DNA of 64,000 nucleotides, taken from the human T2T-CHM13v2.0 reference genome, Homo sapiens. Positions 14,653-27,893 of this stretch are shown piece after piece. Numbering within the stretch: position 1 is the stretch's first letter; every line of letters begins with the position of its first letter. Made by a program: the position numbers and the translations under genes. The notes under the pieces were generated by a model. That model made no database searches, was not told the origin of the DNA, and saw only the letters and a list, made by a program, of their open reading frames with translations. Location of the stretch: the NCBI RefSeq assembly GCF_009914755.1, contig NC_060930.1; one strand, 5' to 3'.

Positions 14653-14741
14653 AGGTTGGTAGCAATAATAAAGGCAGAGGTAACTTCACTCAAGAAGTGT
14701 TGAGAGGCTAGATAACAATGAGAATAAAAAACGTAAGAGCA

Positions 14742-16057
14742 GAGCAAAGGTAACTTGTTATGTTTTAGCAAAGAGACTGGTGGCATTTTACTTCTGCCCT
14801 AGAGATTTGTGGAACTTTGAACTTGAGAGAGAGATTTAGGGTATCTGGCGGAAGAAATTTCTAAGCAGCAAAGTATTCAAGAAGTGACTTGGGTGCTGTT
14901 AAAGGCATTCCATTTTATAAGGGAAGCAGAGCATAAAAGTTTGGAAAATTTGCAGTCTGACAATGTGATAGAAAAAGAAAACCCATTTTCTGAGGAGAAA
15001 TTCAAGCCAGCTGCAGAAATTTGCATAAGTAATGAGGAGCCAAATGTTAATCCCCAAGACAATGGGGAAAATGTCTCCAGGGCACGTCAGAGGTCTTCAT
15101 GGCAGCCCCTGCCATGACAGTCTCCAAGACCTAGGAGAAAATGGTTTTGTGGGCCTGGCCTAGGGTCCCTGTACTGTGTGCAGCCTAGGGACTTAGCACC
15201 ATGTGTCCCAGCTGCTCCGGCCGTGGCTGAAAGGGGCCAATGTAGAGCTCCTGCTATGGCTTCAGAGTGTGCAAGCCCAAAGTCTTGGCAGCTTTCATGT
15301 GGTGTTGAGCCTGAGAGTGCACAGAAGTCAAGAATTGGGGTTTGGGAACCTCCATCTATATTTCAGAAGATGTATGAAAATGCCTGGATGCCCAGGCAGA
15401 AGTTTGCTGCAGGGGTAAGGCGATCATGGAGAACCTCTGCTAGGGCAGTGTGGAAGGGAAATGTGGAGTTGGTGCCCCGACACAGAGTCCCTACTGGGGC
15501 ACTGCCTAGTGGAGCTGTGAGAAGAGGGCCACCATCCTCCAGACTCCAGAATGGTAGATCCACCAACAGCTCGCTTCGTTGAGCTGGAAAAGCTGCACTC
15601 AATGCCACACTGTGAAAGCAGCTTGTGGGGAGACTGTACCCTGCAAAGGCACAAGGGCAGAGTTGCCCAAGACCATGAGAACTCGCCTCTTGGATCAGCG
15701 TGTCTTGGATGTGAGACCTGGAGTCAAAGGAGATCATTTTGGTGCTTTAAAATTTGACTGCCCCGCTGGATTTCAGACTAGCATGGGCCCTGTAACCCAT
15801 TTGTTTTGGCCAATTTCTCCCATTTGGAACAGTTGTATTTACCCAATATCTGTACCCCCATTGTGTCTAGGAAGTAATTAGCTTGCTTTTGATTTTACAG
15901 GGTCATAGGTAGAAAGGACTTGCCTTGTCTCAGATGAAACTTTGGATTGTGGACTTTTGGATTAATGCTGAAATCAGTTAAGACCTTGGGGGACTGTTGG
16001 GAATGCATGATTGGTTTTGAAATGTGAGGATTGAGATTTGGAGGGGCCGGGGTGGAA
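14742..16057 (+). mobile_element. THE1 internal sequence (ERVL-MaLR), 5'-truncated
   Basis: THE1-int motifs (TTTAGCAAAGAGACTGG, GAAGAAATTTCTAAGCAGCAAAG, GAGGAGAAATTCAAGCCAGCTGCAGAAATTTGC); polypurine tract GAGGGGCCGGGGTGGAA abuts the LTR. Confidence 0.95.
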
Positions 16058-16400
16058 TGCTATGGTTTGGCTGTGTCCTCATCCATATTGCATCTTGAAT
16101 TGTACTCCCATAATTTCCACGTGTTGTGGAGGAACCTGGTGGAAGATAATTTGAATCATGAAGTGGTTTCCCTCATACTGTTCTCATGGTAGTGAATAAG
16201 TCTCATGAGATCTGACGGTTTTAACAGGGGTTTCCGCTTTTGCATCCTCCTCAGTTTCTCTTGCCACCATCATGTAAGAAGTGCCTTTCACCTCCCACCA
16301 TGATTCTAAGGCCTCTCCAGCCATATGGAACTATAAGTCCAGTTAAAACTCTATTTTTTTCCCAGTCTTTTTATCAGCAGCATGAAAATGGACTAATACA
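16058..16400 (+). mobile_element. THE1 3' LTR
   Basis: TGCTATGGTTTGGCTGTGTCC ... GGACTAATACA termini. Confidence 0.95.
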
Positions 16401-19400
16401 TATTTCCAAGATATTTTCAATGGCAACATAATATCCAAGCCCATGCTTACTCATTCTATGGAGATCCATTCCCTTGTACCTTATGAAAAAAAACAAAAAT
16501 TTAATTTCTCAAAGTTAATATAGTAAAAATTGTATTCCCAAATGAATGCTTTCCATATCTTTCCCAATCCCCATCAATGCCCATTAGTTTCAGTTGAATG
16601 AAATATTTCTAACCTTCAAAGTTAATTACATCTCTTATGCTTTTGAATCCATTTTTACTAAAATCCTCAAAAATCATCCTCCATCAGATGCTCCCTTCTC
16701 TTATATAGGCATCAACTGCTTACTGACTATTGATTCCTCCCAAGTACACCATACTAATATGCCTTAGCCTTGATTTATAGATATGTATATATACATATAC
16801 ACACACATACATAAATACACAAGCACACGTGCATGCATACACAAACTCCACATAATTTAAAGCTTCTTAAAAATAATGAATAGGAGTCAAAGAAGGATGG
16901 AAGGAGAGCAATCAGAATGAGTGTAAGTTTAAAGGCTGAATAACACAAAACATACCTAAGTGAGAGGAAGCTGACTTGAATACTAAGAAAGAATTACGAA
17001 AAGATTTACATAAAATTGGATTCATAGTACAGGAAGTTTGTATGCCAAGTTAAGGCATTGAATTCTTTTATTTTATACACAGTGAGTAGTCACTATTAAA
17101 AGGAATTCTTGTTCATGCTTTTAGCCCAAATTGAGGTGACTTGTCATTAATTTCAGTTATAAGATTAATTTATACTTAGCTCTAGTTGATTCATCCATCC
17201 ATTCATTCAGTCAACCAGTGTTTATGGAAAAGATATCTTTTGTAACAATGTTTTCTGGGAGAGGGAGGTATAAAAAATAAATTTACATCTAAACCTTAAT
17301 ATTTTCCCAAGGTAGTACTTATTTAATATCCAAGCTTTCTATGATTTTTCATGTTTTTAAAATTATTTTTCTCAACCTTAATTTTACTTCATGGTGTTAG
17401 TCCTTAATTTAATTTAAGATCTGTGTGATTTATTCACTGGTACATATCACAAAGATTACAGACTTAGGTTGAAATAAAGATTAATGAATTCGGATATAAC
17501 ATGCCCAATTTCTCTCTCTCCTTTCTTGTCACTCTTCTTATTCCCTAACATACTCTCATATGCCCACAGATTGTCAGATATTGCTCATAATTGGGTCAAT
17601 CATCAAATATTTGTGATGAAAGCTTTGAGCTATGTTTTGGCAGTGAAAGAGCAAATGGCATTGCCTATATAAGAATTGACATGTGCAAGTGAGTGGAAAG
17701 AAAGCAAACAGATAGATGAAGAGTTCAGTTGGTGTTTAATTTTTTTAAAAAAATAGATATAGGAAAATTTACTTGACTCAGTTTGAGAATAAAGGCCAGA
17801 GAAGGAACATCTGGGCATGAAAAGAAGAGTTTATTGAGCATTGAACCAGAAAGAGATAGTGTGGTCATCACACAATATAGACATGAAATGGTTAGACAGA
17901 TATACAAAGATACTGATGATATCCTATGAGAATAAAACATTTCATCTTTTGTTTGACTTCAAGTAGGAAGTTAGTAAAAATTAGTCTTCACTCACAATGG
18001 TAATGTTTTAGCACATAAGTCTCACCACCTTATCATTCATGGTTGGTCCATTATGGCTGTCCCTACAGTGTGGCTTTAAGTACACTGTGACCTTCAAGCT
18101 TCCAAGTATCTCTAATGAAGCTCTGTGTATTCCTAATTCTTTGGGAAAATAATATTACGGTCTAGCATGGAGCAGAGGCCTATGGTGGACTATGGGTGGA
18201 TTTGTTTCTAAGAAGTACACATAGAATGGAGAAAATATCTCCTGAAGCAAATGATCAAGATTTTTGCACATATTAATTGAGCAGGACTTTTTCATTCTCA
18301 ATCAAAATATCCTAAAATTCGCTGGACAATGCCCAGGGTAAGAGCAGAAACAAGGAAAAGGGCCATCCTGCCACAGGAAATAACACAAGCCAAAAAATAA
18401 CAGCATGAAACATCATGGTATGTGTGAAGTTCTCTTCACATATTTTAAGCATATTTGTTTAAAATATGTATTACTTGAACATAAAAACATAAACAATCAT
18501 TTCCCATAAACAAATTAAGAATTTTTTCAATTAATAAAATAATTTTAAAACTTAAATTAAAAACCATACTTTCTACATTTTTGGTGTTTCATAGCAAAAG
18601 GGAATTTCATAATAAAAACAGCCAGCCTATCTTATTAAGACTAAAGGCTTTAATTTTGAAATAATAAATAACAAAGTATAAAACTGCATATGTACTGAAG
18701 TCCACATGTGAATACTTTATTTAACTTCTTCAGAAATCTTTAAAGGAATAGATAATTAAAATATCTAAGTTTGCTAAATTGACAAAAGGTACAATCCTGT
18801 TTGGTAAAACAAAAACCAAGACTTTGTGAGGTTTGTTAGCAATACCAATTTTCTGTGTGATTACAAATCATAAATTAATCTTTATACTATACACGTCTCC
18901 CTTAAGACTATTTTCATCATTACTAACAGGTCTGTGTTTTATAATTTTATACTTCCATTGCAAAAAGCTAGAATTAGATAAAACAATACAGGCAGTTGCT
19001 AGAAAAAAAAACAGTTTTTATTAGTGTTTAGATATAATAATAAGCAAGAATCAATGCAAAAGTTTGTTTATAAGTTTTTAAAATCTATGTTTAATCCTAA
19101 AGAGTTCATGACCAATTAAAATATTTAAGCTTGAGATGAGTGGCTATATGGATATTTGGAAGCATGGCCACTCTTTTTATTATTTAGGTGATTTGCTCAT
19201 TTTTTAGCAGAGCTCAAGCAAAAATAAAATTTCAATGAAGGTCAATCCATAATAACTTTTTTTAATGATCACAATTCTTACTTTTCTTAAATATTAATAA
19301 AATTATTTAAAAGAAAATAAGTAATGATAGTATTGAGAAAATTTAATCAGCTCCTGGCTTCTTCACAATATTATAAGATATTTATGAATTTTTGAAATAT

Positions 19401-19499
19401 AAGCTAGTTTTCAAAATTTTGGAGTAAAGAGTATATATTTAATGATACTATTAATTTATAAATGAGGATATCTTAACTACAATGTAGCTTACAGGTAAA

Positions 19500-19790
19500 A
19501 ACAATGAACTCTGAATTAGGACAGTAGTTTTGTGCCTTTTGCAAATCACCGAATTTATTAGTTCTAGGTATTACCATCTATAAAATTGTGGTTAAATTAG
19601 ATAATGCATACAGAATATGTAATATGCTGCTGGCATATTAGTATTTCTTAAATATATTGAAATGCACATTTCTTCAACAAATATTCAGTCTACCACTAAG
19701 TGACTGGCATTTTACTAAATACTGGGAATGTGAAAATGGACAAGATATGGTCTCTGCCATCAGGAGTTAATTTTGTGTTGATATACAAAA
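19500..19790. mobile_element. MIR fragment (+) followed by an L2 3' end (-)
   Basis: CATCTATAAAAT..GTTAAATTAGATAATGCATA (MIR); TTCAACAAATATT..TGGTCTCTGCCATCAGGAG (L2 tail). Confidence 0.6.
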
Positions 19791-20738
19791 GGAAATTGGT
19801 AGCAATCCCTTCACACATTCAGCAAATATTCCTTGAGAACCTATAACATTTTAGGCACCTATGTACCATGGTGCCATGGAAACTGTGGTGGTGTGGGGAG
19901 AGGAAATGAGGGAAGGGAGAGCTGAAGCACACTAGGAGGATCTGCCAAGTAGCTGAGGAAGGATGAGGACGGCTTAACCAGTTATTTAAGTGTAAAGGAG
20001 ATATAGTGAGAAAAGATATAGAGCTTCATTATACACATTCTACAAATACAGGGTTGTTGTTAAGATACACAGTATTTAAATGTTAATATTTAAAACTCAA
20101 GGATTTCGTGGATGTGACATTTTCTAATGAATTTGACATATAGCACTTACGAAACAAAAATTAAAATGTAATGTAAAATCCTAAGAAACAGTACTTTGTT
20201 TGCTTTAGAAATATTTCTTATAGGAAATATTCCACTTTTAAAATGAGATAATTTCCCTAAAAAAGAAATTATTTTAAAATGCAATTATATTTTCTTCTCA
20301 TTCTCTTTATCTCCTCTCTTAATGTTTTATTGTGATTTTTGATATTATGTTTCTATTTAAAGTTTGTCTTTCTCTTTTGTTCAGCCTTATACCAAAATTT
20401 TTTGAAAACATCATTTTCATTATCAAGGAGTTAACTTTCTGATTTTATGAAGATCAATATTTGCTTTGGCTTTCCCAGTTCAATACAGATATATAATTTA
20501 ATCAACTAAATATATGGTCTTTATTTTTTCATTTGGAAAATTTGCAGGACTTCAAGAACTGCTATACAAAAAATCATTTAGCCCTTAATACATGCTGAGA
20601 ATAATAATTAATAGAAATGTAAACGTGTACACTGTATATACAGCTGCCTGGATTATGACTGCAGTAAATCCCTATGGTGACCAAATTTAATTTATTTTGG
20701 TTATATATATGTATGGGCATGTGTGTTTGTACATATAC

Positions 20739-20742
<4 letters not shown>

Positions 20743-20778
<36 letters not shown>
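20743..20778. repeat. (TG)n microsatellite
   Basis: About 18 perfect TG units. Confidence 0.98.
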
Positions 20779-20781
<3 letters not shown>

Positions 20782-22439
20782 CATATATATATTCAGAGAG
20801 AGAGATTTAACTCAATTTTTCTTAAAGCCAATTTAAAAAATAAGAAACCGGATTTTATTTTGCATGTAAACTATGATCCCTTGCTGATGGGTATATACAA
20901 TCAATATTAACATAACCAGAAACATATGGGAACTTTAAAAGTTATAGAACAATTAGATCACATGAAAATAAAAAAGACATGCTGATAATATTTTGATAGA
21001 ATTAAATGATAAAAATTACTATTTCTATTAATAAACTTTTGACTGACCTTTGTTATACCAATAGTTTTGGTGAAGAAATACAGAATAAGTTCCAAGAGAA
21101 GACAGTCAACATTAAAGAGGCTTAATGCTGATCTAAAATAGTATTTTATTTCCAAGGTTAAAATAAGGGTAGAATGCCCTCAGGGGTGGACTTTCTTAGG
21201 CAAAGGTGCTGATGGTAGTAACTATTAGCATTATTCAGCAGTTTAGAACTGTAATTATTACAGGACTGCATTTTATACCATTCCATTCATTTGTTAGGTG
21301 TAATATAGTAAAGAATAACAGTATCTTAAGGCCAAGTTATTTGGGGGATGAATAAGCCCTTTGAGCATAAGGTCACCATAGAAAATATTTTTCTTTCTCC
21401 ATATTTACATTTTGATTAATTGAAACCCTGAAATTATATAATACATTTGGAATTTTATGGAGTATATCAGTGGTTGAATCTGCAATTTCTTAGGAAAATT
21501 CGAAATATTTATTATTAGTTTTATAAAGTTCTGTTCTTTAAAGGAACAGAAAATATTACTTTTCCATACATTAATTATTGTCTTAATTTTAATTTTTGTA
21601 TCCAAATAACTAACAAAAAAAGCATTTTTTTAAAGATTGATGCTGCATTATCATATTTTAGATGGAGAACTTAGATTATATTTTTCTAATACATAATATA
21701 GTCATTAACTAATATTTAAATAAATAAAATGATATTTCTTTAACACTCTTATACTGGATAAGTTAGATACTGCTCTCCATAAATGACTGGATAATAACTA
21801 TATTATGGTTATTATGTTCTGACTTATTTAAATAACTTTTTGGTCAATGCTTAATGAGGAAATTGTCTATTAAAGGGGCTTTTTTGAAAGTACTGCAGTA
21901 GTTAAACTACAAAGAAAATGACTGATTTCTGATTTAAAATATCTTAATGGATTTACAAGCTATCTTGCCCATTTGTGAGTGTTTTCAATTTGCAGGATCA
22001 TTGATAACTGATTATTTAATTAACTGCATTTTTGAGGTCAGCCTTTGCCATCCTCTCTCCAGTATAAAAATTGCATATATTGGTAATTGAATTTTAAGAT
22101 CTATATATTTTTTCAATTATTATTGTAGCATAATTAAAGGAAAATTCTTTTTAATAAATATTTCTTCAAATAAAAAACGATAAGGCTGCACATTTTGAGG
22201 CTCATAAAGTTCATTTTCAAAGGAGTGCATTGTACAATGTTGATATGCAAATTGATCGTCTTCATAAGAAAGGAATTGGGAAAATGTAATTTAAAGTTTA
22301 TTGAATTTTGTTGAGTTTTTGTTTTGTTTTGTTTTGTTTTTTCCTTTCAGGCTGCTCAACACTGTGCTGTATATCAAAAGAGCATACATTCATACGCATA
22401 TATGCCATATGTCTTTCCTCTTCCTTTGTAACTAACATA

Positions 22440-22590
22440 TAAATAGTATCTTCATTTTGTTTTATTGAAAGGAAACTGAAGTTAAGATAACTGAGTAAAC
22501 TGGACCTAAATACCACAGCTAGACAGTTCTTTCTAACTCCACACAACAGGACAGGACTTTGTAATATCAGCTGGCTTTAGTAGCATTACA
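22440..22590 (-). mobile_element. MIR fragment
   Basis: AGGAAACTGAAGTTAAG...TAAACTGGACCTAAATACCACAGCTAG resembles the MIR core. Confidence 0.6.
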
Positions 22591-22643
22591 TGCCTGAAGA
22601 GTCCTGCTGCATGGCAGTAAGGTACTATTAGTTTTGGAGTGGG

Positions 22644-22957
22644 TTTTTTTGTTGTTGTTTTGTTTGTTTGTTTTTGAGACGGAGTCTCTCTCAGTAGCCC
22701 TGGCTGGAGTGTAATGGCACGATCTCGGCTCATGGCAACCTCTGCCTCCCGAATTCAAGCTATTTCCCTGCCTCACCTCCTGAGTAGATGGGATTACAGT
22801 CGCCCACCAACACGCCTGGCTGATTTTCGTATTTTTAGTAGAGACAGGATTTCATCACCATGTTGGTCAGGCTGGTCTCCCACTGCTGACCTCGTGATCT
22901 GCCTACCACGGCCTCCCAAAGTGCTGGTGTTACAGGCGTGAGCCACTGCGCCCGGCT
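22644..22957 (-). mobile_element. Full-length AluS
   Basis: Antisense dimeric Alu ending GAGCCACTGCGCCCGGCT, with a (GTTT)-type tail. Confidence 0.97.
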
Positions 22958-23130
22958 AGTGTAGTTCTTTTAATTCTGTGAAAATAGCTTCTGTGTGTAC
23001 AACTTAAATGTTTATGTAATATAACCCGCTCAACCCACTGATTAGCATAATTCCAGCAGAAGTAAAAATCAAAGAACAATAAAATGTAAGGAAAACTGTT
23101 TCTCACATTGAGATTTCTTAAAGAAATTTT

Positions 23131-23275
23131 AGATGTTTTAGTTAACAAATATCCTATTTCTTAATTTAAACTATATAAAATCTGAATTATGTCTCAGTAT
23201 CTCAGTTAGACTCTATTTCCAGAAAGATAATCATGAGGAAACAATAAATCCAAAATATGGTACGTTATTTTTTCA
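23131..23275 (+). repeat. Dispersed duplication, copy 1
   Basis: Aligns end to end with 24733-24880. Confidence 0.9.
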
Positions 23276-23588
23276 CTGTTCATACAAATCACTTTTTAAT
23301 GCAAATAAACCTAGAATGAACTTCTGGAAATTCCTTTCTTGTTCTGGTCTCCCTTTGTTGGGCTCTCTGTTCAAATGTTTTTGTTTTTCTTCTTTCCCTC
23401 CTGCCAGAGACTGATTCCCACCATGGAAAAGTCCTCTAAGAAGTGAGCATGACTTCAGGCTCCACTCAGGAGGGAGAGTGGAACCTCCTTGACCACATCA
23501 TTACAGAGGCGGCTTGGATCTGTCGGATTCCTCCGAGGCATCACCTGTCACATTCCCCTCTGGAGGAAAATAACTGTAGTGAAAACTG

Positions 23589-23969
<381 letters not shown>

Positions 23970-24649
23970 TCAGAACAATTTGTAAAAAATCATAGGAAAC
24001 TTTAAAATGCATAGTGCATTTTCTTAATTATATAAAAACCTAATATAAATAGTAAACTTCGGGATAGGCTACTTCTGACTAGGTACAGAGACATAAATTC
24101 AGGAGTGTACTTGCATCTGTTTACAGTTAAACTGGTGTCAAATACTGCTACATGCTTCAAATCCACACTGAAGACCACTGATGTGGGGTCTATAAATTTG
24201 CTGCTGATGATGCTATTTTTTCTTGAGGTGGCTTTTTGTTGTTTTAATCTCTCAAAAAGCATATGGCTCATGTGTGAAATTATTTCAATTCAACGACTGA
24301 AATGCTTTTTAGAAAGTTTAGAAATATTAACTAACTGGATACTTGGTATAAATCGTTATTTATCCTAAATTATCATTTTACTTTAGAATAACTATTTCAG
24401 GAACTGTAATAATTATGGAACTTAAACCCTGAAAATAAGTTTGCGGATACGTTTTTAGTTTTTTCGTATGACTTATCCCATGGTGCAAAATCATACATTT
24501 CTAGGATAATACTCTTGGAATAGAATATAGCTTCCCAGATTTTTTTCCATTGCTTTAAACAAAATTTGCATTTGAACATGTATTTAATCCAGCTTTATAG
24601 TTTTTTAAAGTAACTATATTACTGATAGTAATGTTCATTAAATGGTGAC

Positions 24650-24960
24650 CACAGTTCTCCACATTTAATACCCCTATGAGGTACGTACTACTGCAGGCAC
24701 ATGTGCTAGGTGGTGAAGTGAGTCTTAAGACAAGATATTTCAGTTAACAAATATCCTATTTGTTAGTCTAAACTATATGAAGTCTCAATTATGTCTCAAT
24801 ATATCAGTTAGACTCTATTTTCAGAAAGATAATAATGATTAAACAATAATTCCGGAATATGGTACATGTTATTTTGTTCAAGATCACTAAAGTAGTCCAC
24901 ATCTAAGGCAAGATATGAACCAAGGTCATCTAACATAGGAATTCGTTGTCGTAAATCCTC
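24650..24960 (-). mobile_element. MIR split by the duplicated segment
   Basis: CCCTATGAGGTACGTACTA on the left and CAAGATCAC..AAGATATGAACCAAGGTCATCTAAC on the right, in MIR order. Confidence 0.6.
24733..24880 (+). repeat. Dispersed duplication, copy 2, inside a MIR
   Basis: AGTTAACAAATATCCTATTT..AAACTATAT..AATTATGTCTCA..TCAGTTAGACTCTATTT..CAGAAAGATAAT..AATATGGTAC is shared with copy 1. Confidence 0.9.
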
Positions 24961-25779
24961 AGTTTTTCAGTGACTGTAAAAATTGCTTTATGTGCAACAT
25001 GCTAATGATACCATGTGTAGCTGAATTTAATACCCAAACAATCCCATGTAATTCTATAATTTTCTCGTTTTCTAAACTTTGAAAGTTGGCAGATTTTCTC
25101 TTACGATGATATTTTGAGTTCTTTCAGTTATTTCTTTGATCTTTTTAAGGAATATTTTTAGTGGTCAGAGAGAGAAAAAAAAAAGCTGTTTTCTTAAAAA
25201 AGGTTGGAGTATAGTATAACCCTGCTGTCAAAGTCTTGTTGCTAAGGGGACACTGAGTTCTGATTTAATACCATTATCAATGGCAGCTTTATCTATAAGT
25301 AAGGCTGTAGATCCAGAGAGAGCTGTTAATCTTAAATTAAGATTTAGGATAAATTACAAAGAAACATTCTAATCAAGCCTAGATAAAACCAAGATAAATT
25401 GGGGCTTTGGGTAGTAACAGTTAAAATGGAAAAAAAAAAGAATTGTATAGCTAGGTCTTTCAATATTGCTTTGTGTTTTCACATGTGAATAGTTATGTTG
25501 AGCTGTAGAAGCAAAGAATATAAGAAAAGAAATGGAGACTGACATCCCTGGCAGTGAAAAATGTCTGCTTTAGAAGCAGGCATGTGGGGAACATGGGATT
25601 TTGCTTTTCACCAAGGCCCTGCTCTTAAAGGGTAAAAGGCAGCCAAAAACCTGCAGGGAAACGAGCTGCCCCTTGTATATGGATATGATCATAAATGTCA
25701 CATTTGCAAATATAAGATTCACACCATTCCTCCCTTTTCATCTGTCATTTCAAATTACATGATTTCAAATGTTAGCGTA

Positions 25780-26430
25780 CAAAAGTAATCTCATTGTAAA
25801 AAGAGAAACTCAAAGCGATAGTTGACAATAATTCTCCTCTTACTCCATATTTCTCATCACCATTAAAGAAAAAAACAGCTAACAGTTTTGCTGAAATAGA
25901 AATATACTTTTTTTAAAAAAATTATACATAGCATTTTTTCAGAGAGATATAGTGTAATTTATTTGACACTTTATGTTGTATCCGTTTTATTGGTATTGTT
26001 TTTGTTCTTGTTTCTTTTCTTTTTCTATTAAGATAATACTGCACTGAGCATTTACATGATAAAAATCTCTCATCAAATGGGTGAGGGTTTCTTTAAAATA
26101 TAATATTAACACTACACTCTCTGGGTCAATATTATATATGTTTTAAAAAGTTTGATAGATACATTGCCAAGTTGCTTTACATCTACTGTTTTACCAATAA
26201 ACACTCCTACAGTTTTATCAAGTTTAGGTAATACTCATCTTTTATATTATATACATCTAACAAATGAAATCATTATTCCTTAACTATAATATGCAAATTA
26301 CTGGTTACTACTGAAATAATTTTTTAAATATTTTTATTGGCTATGTGTATCTACTTTACTCAGAAATAACTGTTTATATTATACGGCAACTTTTCTATTC
26401 AGTGTTTGACTTTTCTGTTAATATTTAAGT
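25780..26430 (-). mobile_element. Old L1 (L1ME-like) 3' fragments
   Basis: TTTGATAGATACATTGCCAAGTTGCTTT, TTTACCAATAAACACTCC, TTTATTGGCTATGTGTATCT. Confidence 0.55.
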
Positions 26431-27276
26431 ATATATGCTAATTCAATATATAGTAGACCTTTAAACAATACAAGTATGAACTGTGTGGGTCCACTTATAT
26501 GTGAATTTTTTCAATAAGTATAATTGAAATTTTGTTACAGATTTGCAACAATTTGCAAAACCTTACAGACAATCCACATAGCCTAGAAATACCAAAAAAA
26601 GTTAAGCATTTTATGAACACATAATATATACAAATCTATTATAAAATGTTAAGCTTTATCAAAACTTAGACACACAAACACTTACAGACCATACATGGCC
26701 CCATTTACAGCTCTGAGAAATGTAAACAAACATGAAGATGCAGTATTACATTATAACTGCATTAAACTAACCACAGTACATACTGTACTACAGTACTAAT
26801 TTTGTAGCCAACTCCTGTTGCTATTGTGGTGAGCTCAAGAGTGGCTCATGTGACACTAATCATCTCCATGTGAGCAGCTTCTCTCTACAGTAAATTGCAG
26901 ATTCAGCAAAAAGTGATCTCTCATGGTTCTCCCATATTTTCGTCATGTTTAGTGCAATACCATAAACCTCGAATAACACCATGGGACCCATACAATTTGC
27001 CACTATTAATGCTGGAAATGCTCCCAACAAGTAGAGAAAAGTCATGGCATTATAATAAAAAGTTGAATTTCTTGATATATGCTGTAGATTGACATTTGCA
27101 GCTGCAGTTGTCTGCCATTTCAAGATAAAAGAATTCAGTGTAAGGACCACTGTAAATAAATAAAAGGAAATTTTTGAAACCATAGATGCAACTACACCAG
27201 CAGGAAGGAAAACCATTCTTCTTTTTTTTTTGAGAAATACCTTTTTATACCCTATTGAAAATGCAGTTTTTATCCA

Positions 27277-27642
27277 TGTAATAGTCCATTCTAACACTGC
27301 TATGAAGAACTACCTGAGACTGGATAATTTATGAAGAAAAGAGGTTTCATTGACTCAGTTTCGCAGGCTTAACAGGAAGCGTGGCCAGAAAGCCTCAGGA
27401 AATTTACAATCATGATGTAAGGGTGAAGGGGAAGCAAGCACCTTCTTCTCATGACTGGCGAGAGGGCAAGAGTGAAAGGGGAAGTGCCACACATTTTTAA
27501 ACGATCAGATCTCTTGAGAATTCACTTGCTCTCCAAGAAAAGCACAGGGAAATCTGCCCTAATTATCAAATCACCTCCCACCAGGCCCCTCCTACAATTT
27601 GACAGGAGATTTGGTCAGGGACAGAAATAACAAACCATATCA
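27277..27642 (-). mobile_element. MST (MSTA-like) solo LTR nested in Tigger2
   Basis: TGTAATAGTCCATTCT..CTGCTATGAAGAACTACCTGAGACTGG ... CAAACCATATCA. Confidence 0.93.
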
Positions 27643-27893
27643 ATGTGGGTGCAGGATTGCTGTAAGAAAAGCATATCTACAGACTCTAATATGATTTGAG
27701 AAAAGATAATCATATGACAAAGGAGAATTTAATGCCAGCAAAAGATGGTTTAATGATTTTAGAAAGAGATTTGGTTCAAAAAATGTCAAGATAACAGGAG
27801 AAGCAGCTTCTTTCAATAAAGAGGTAGCAGATACGTTCCCAGGACCATTAAGAAAATAATTGAGAAAGGATATCTGCTCGAAGAAGATTTTAA

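Noticed and set aside
14877-15881. Cluster of overlapping ORFs up to 134 aa
   Set aside because: All lie within THE1 internal sequence and are fragmented by stops and frameshifts
24002-24368. Overlapping 87-89 aa ORFs in unique DNA as possible exons
   Set aside because: No convincing splice-site pair and no recognisable protein
26860-27297. 145-aa minus-strand ORF
   Set aside because: Antisense to the decayed Tigger2 transposase, with no protein-family signature
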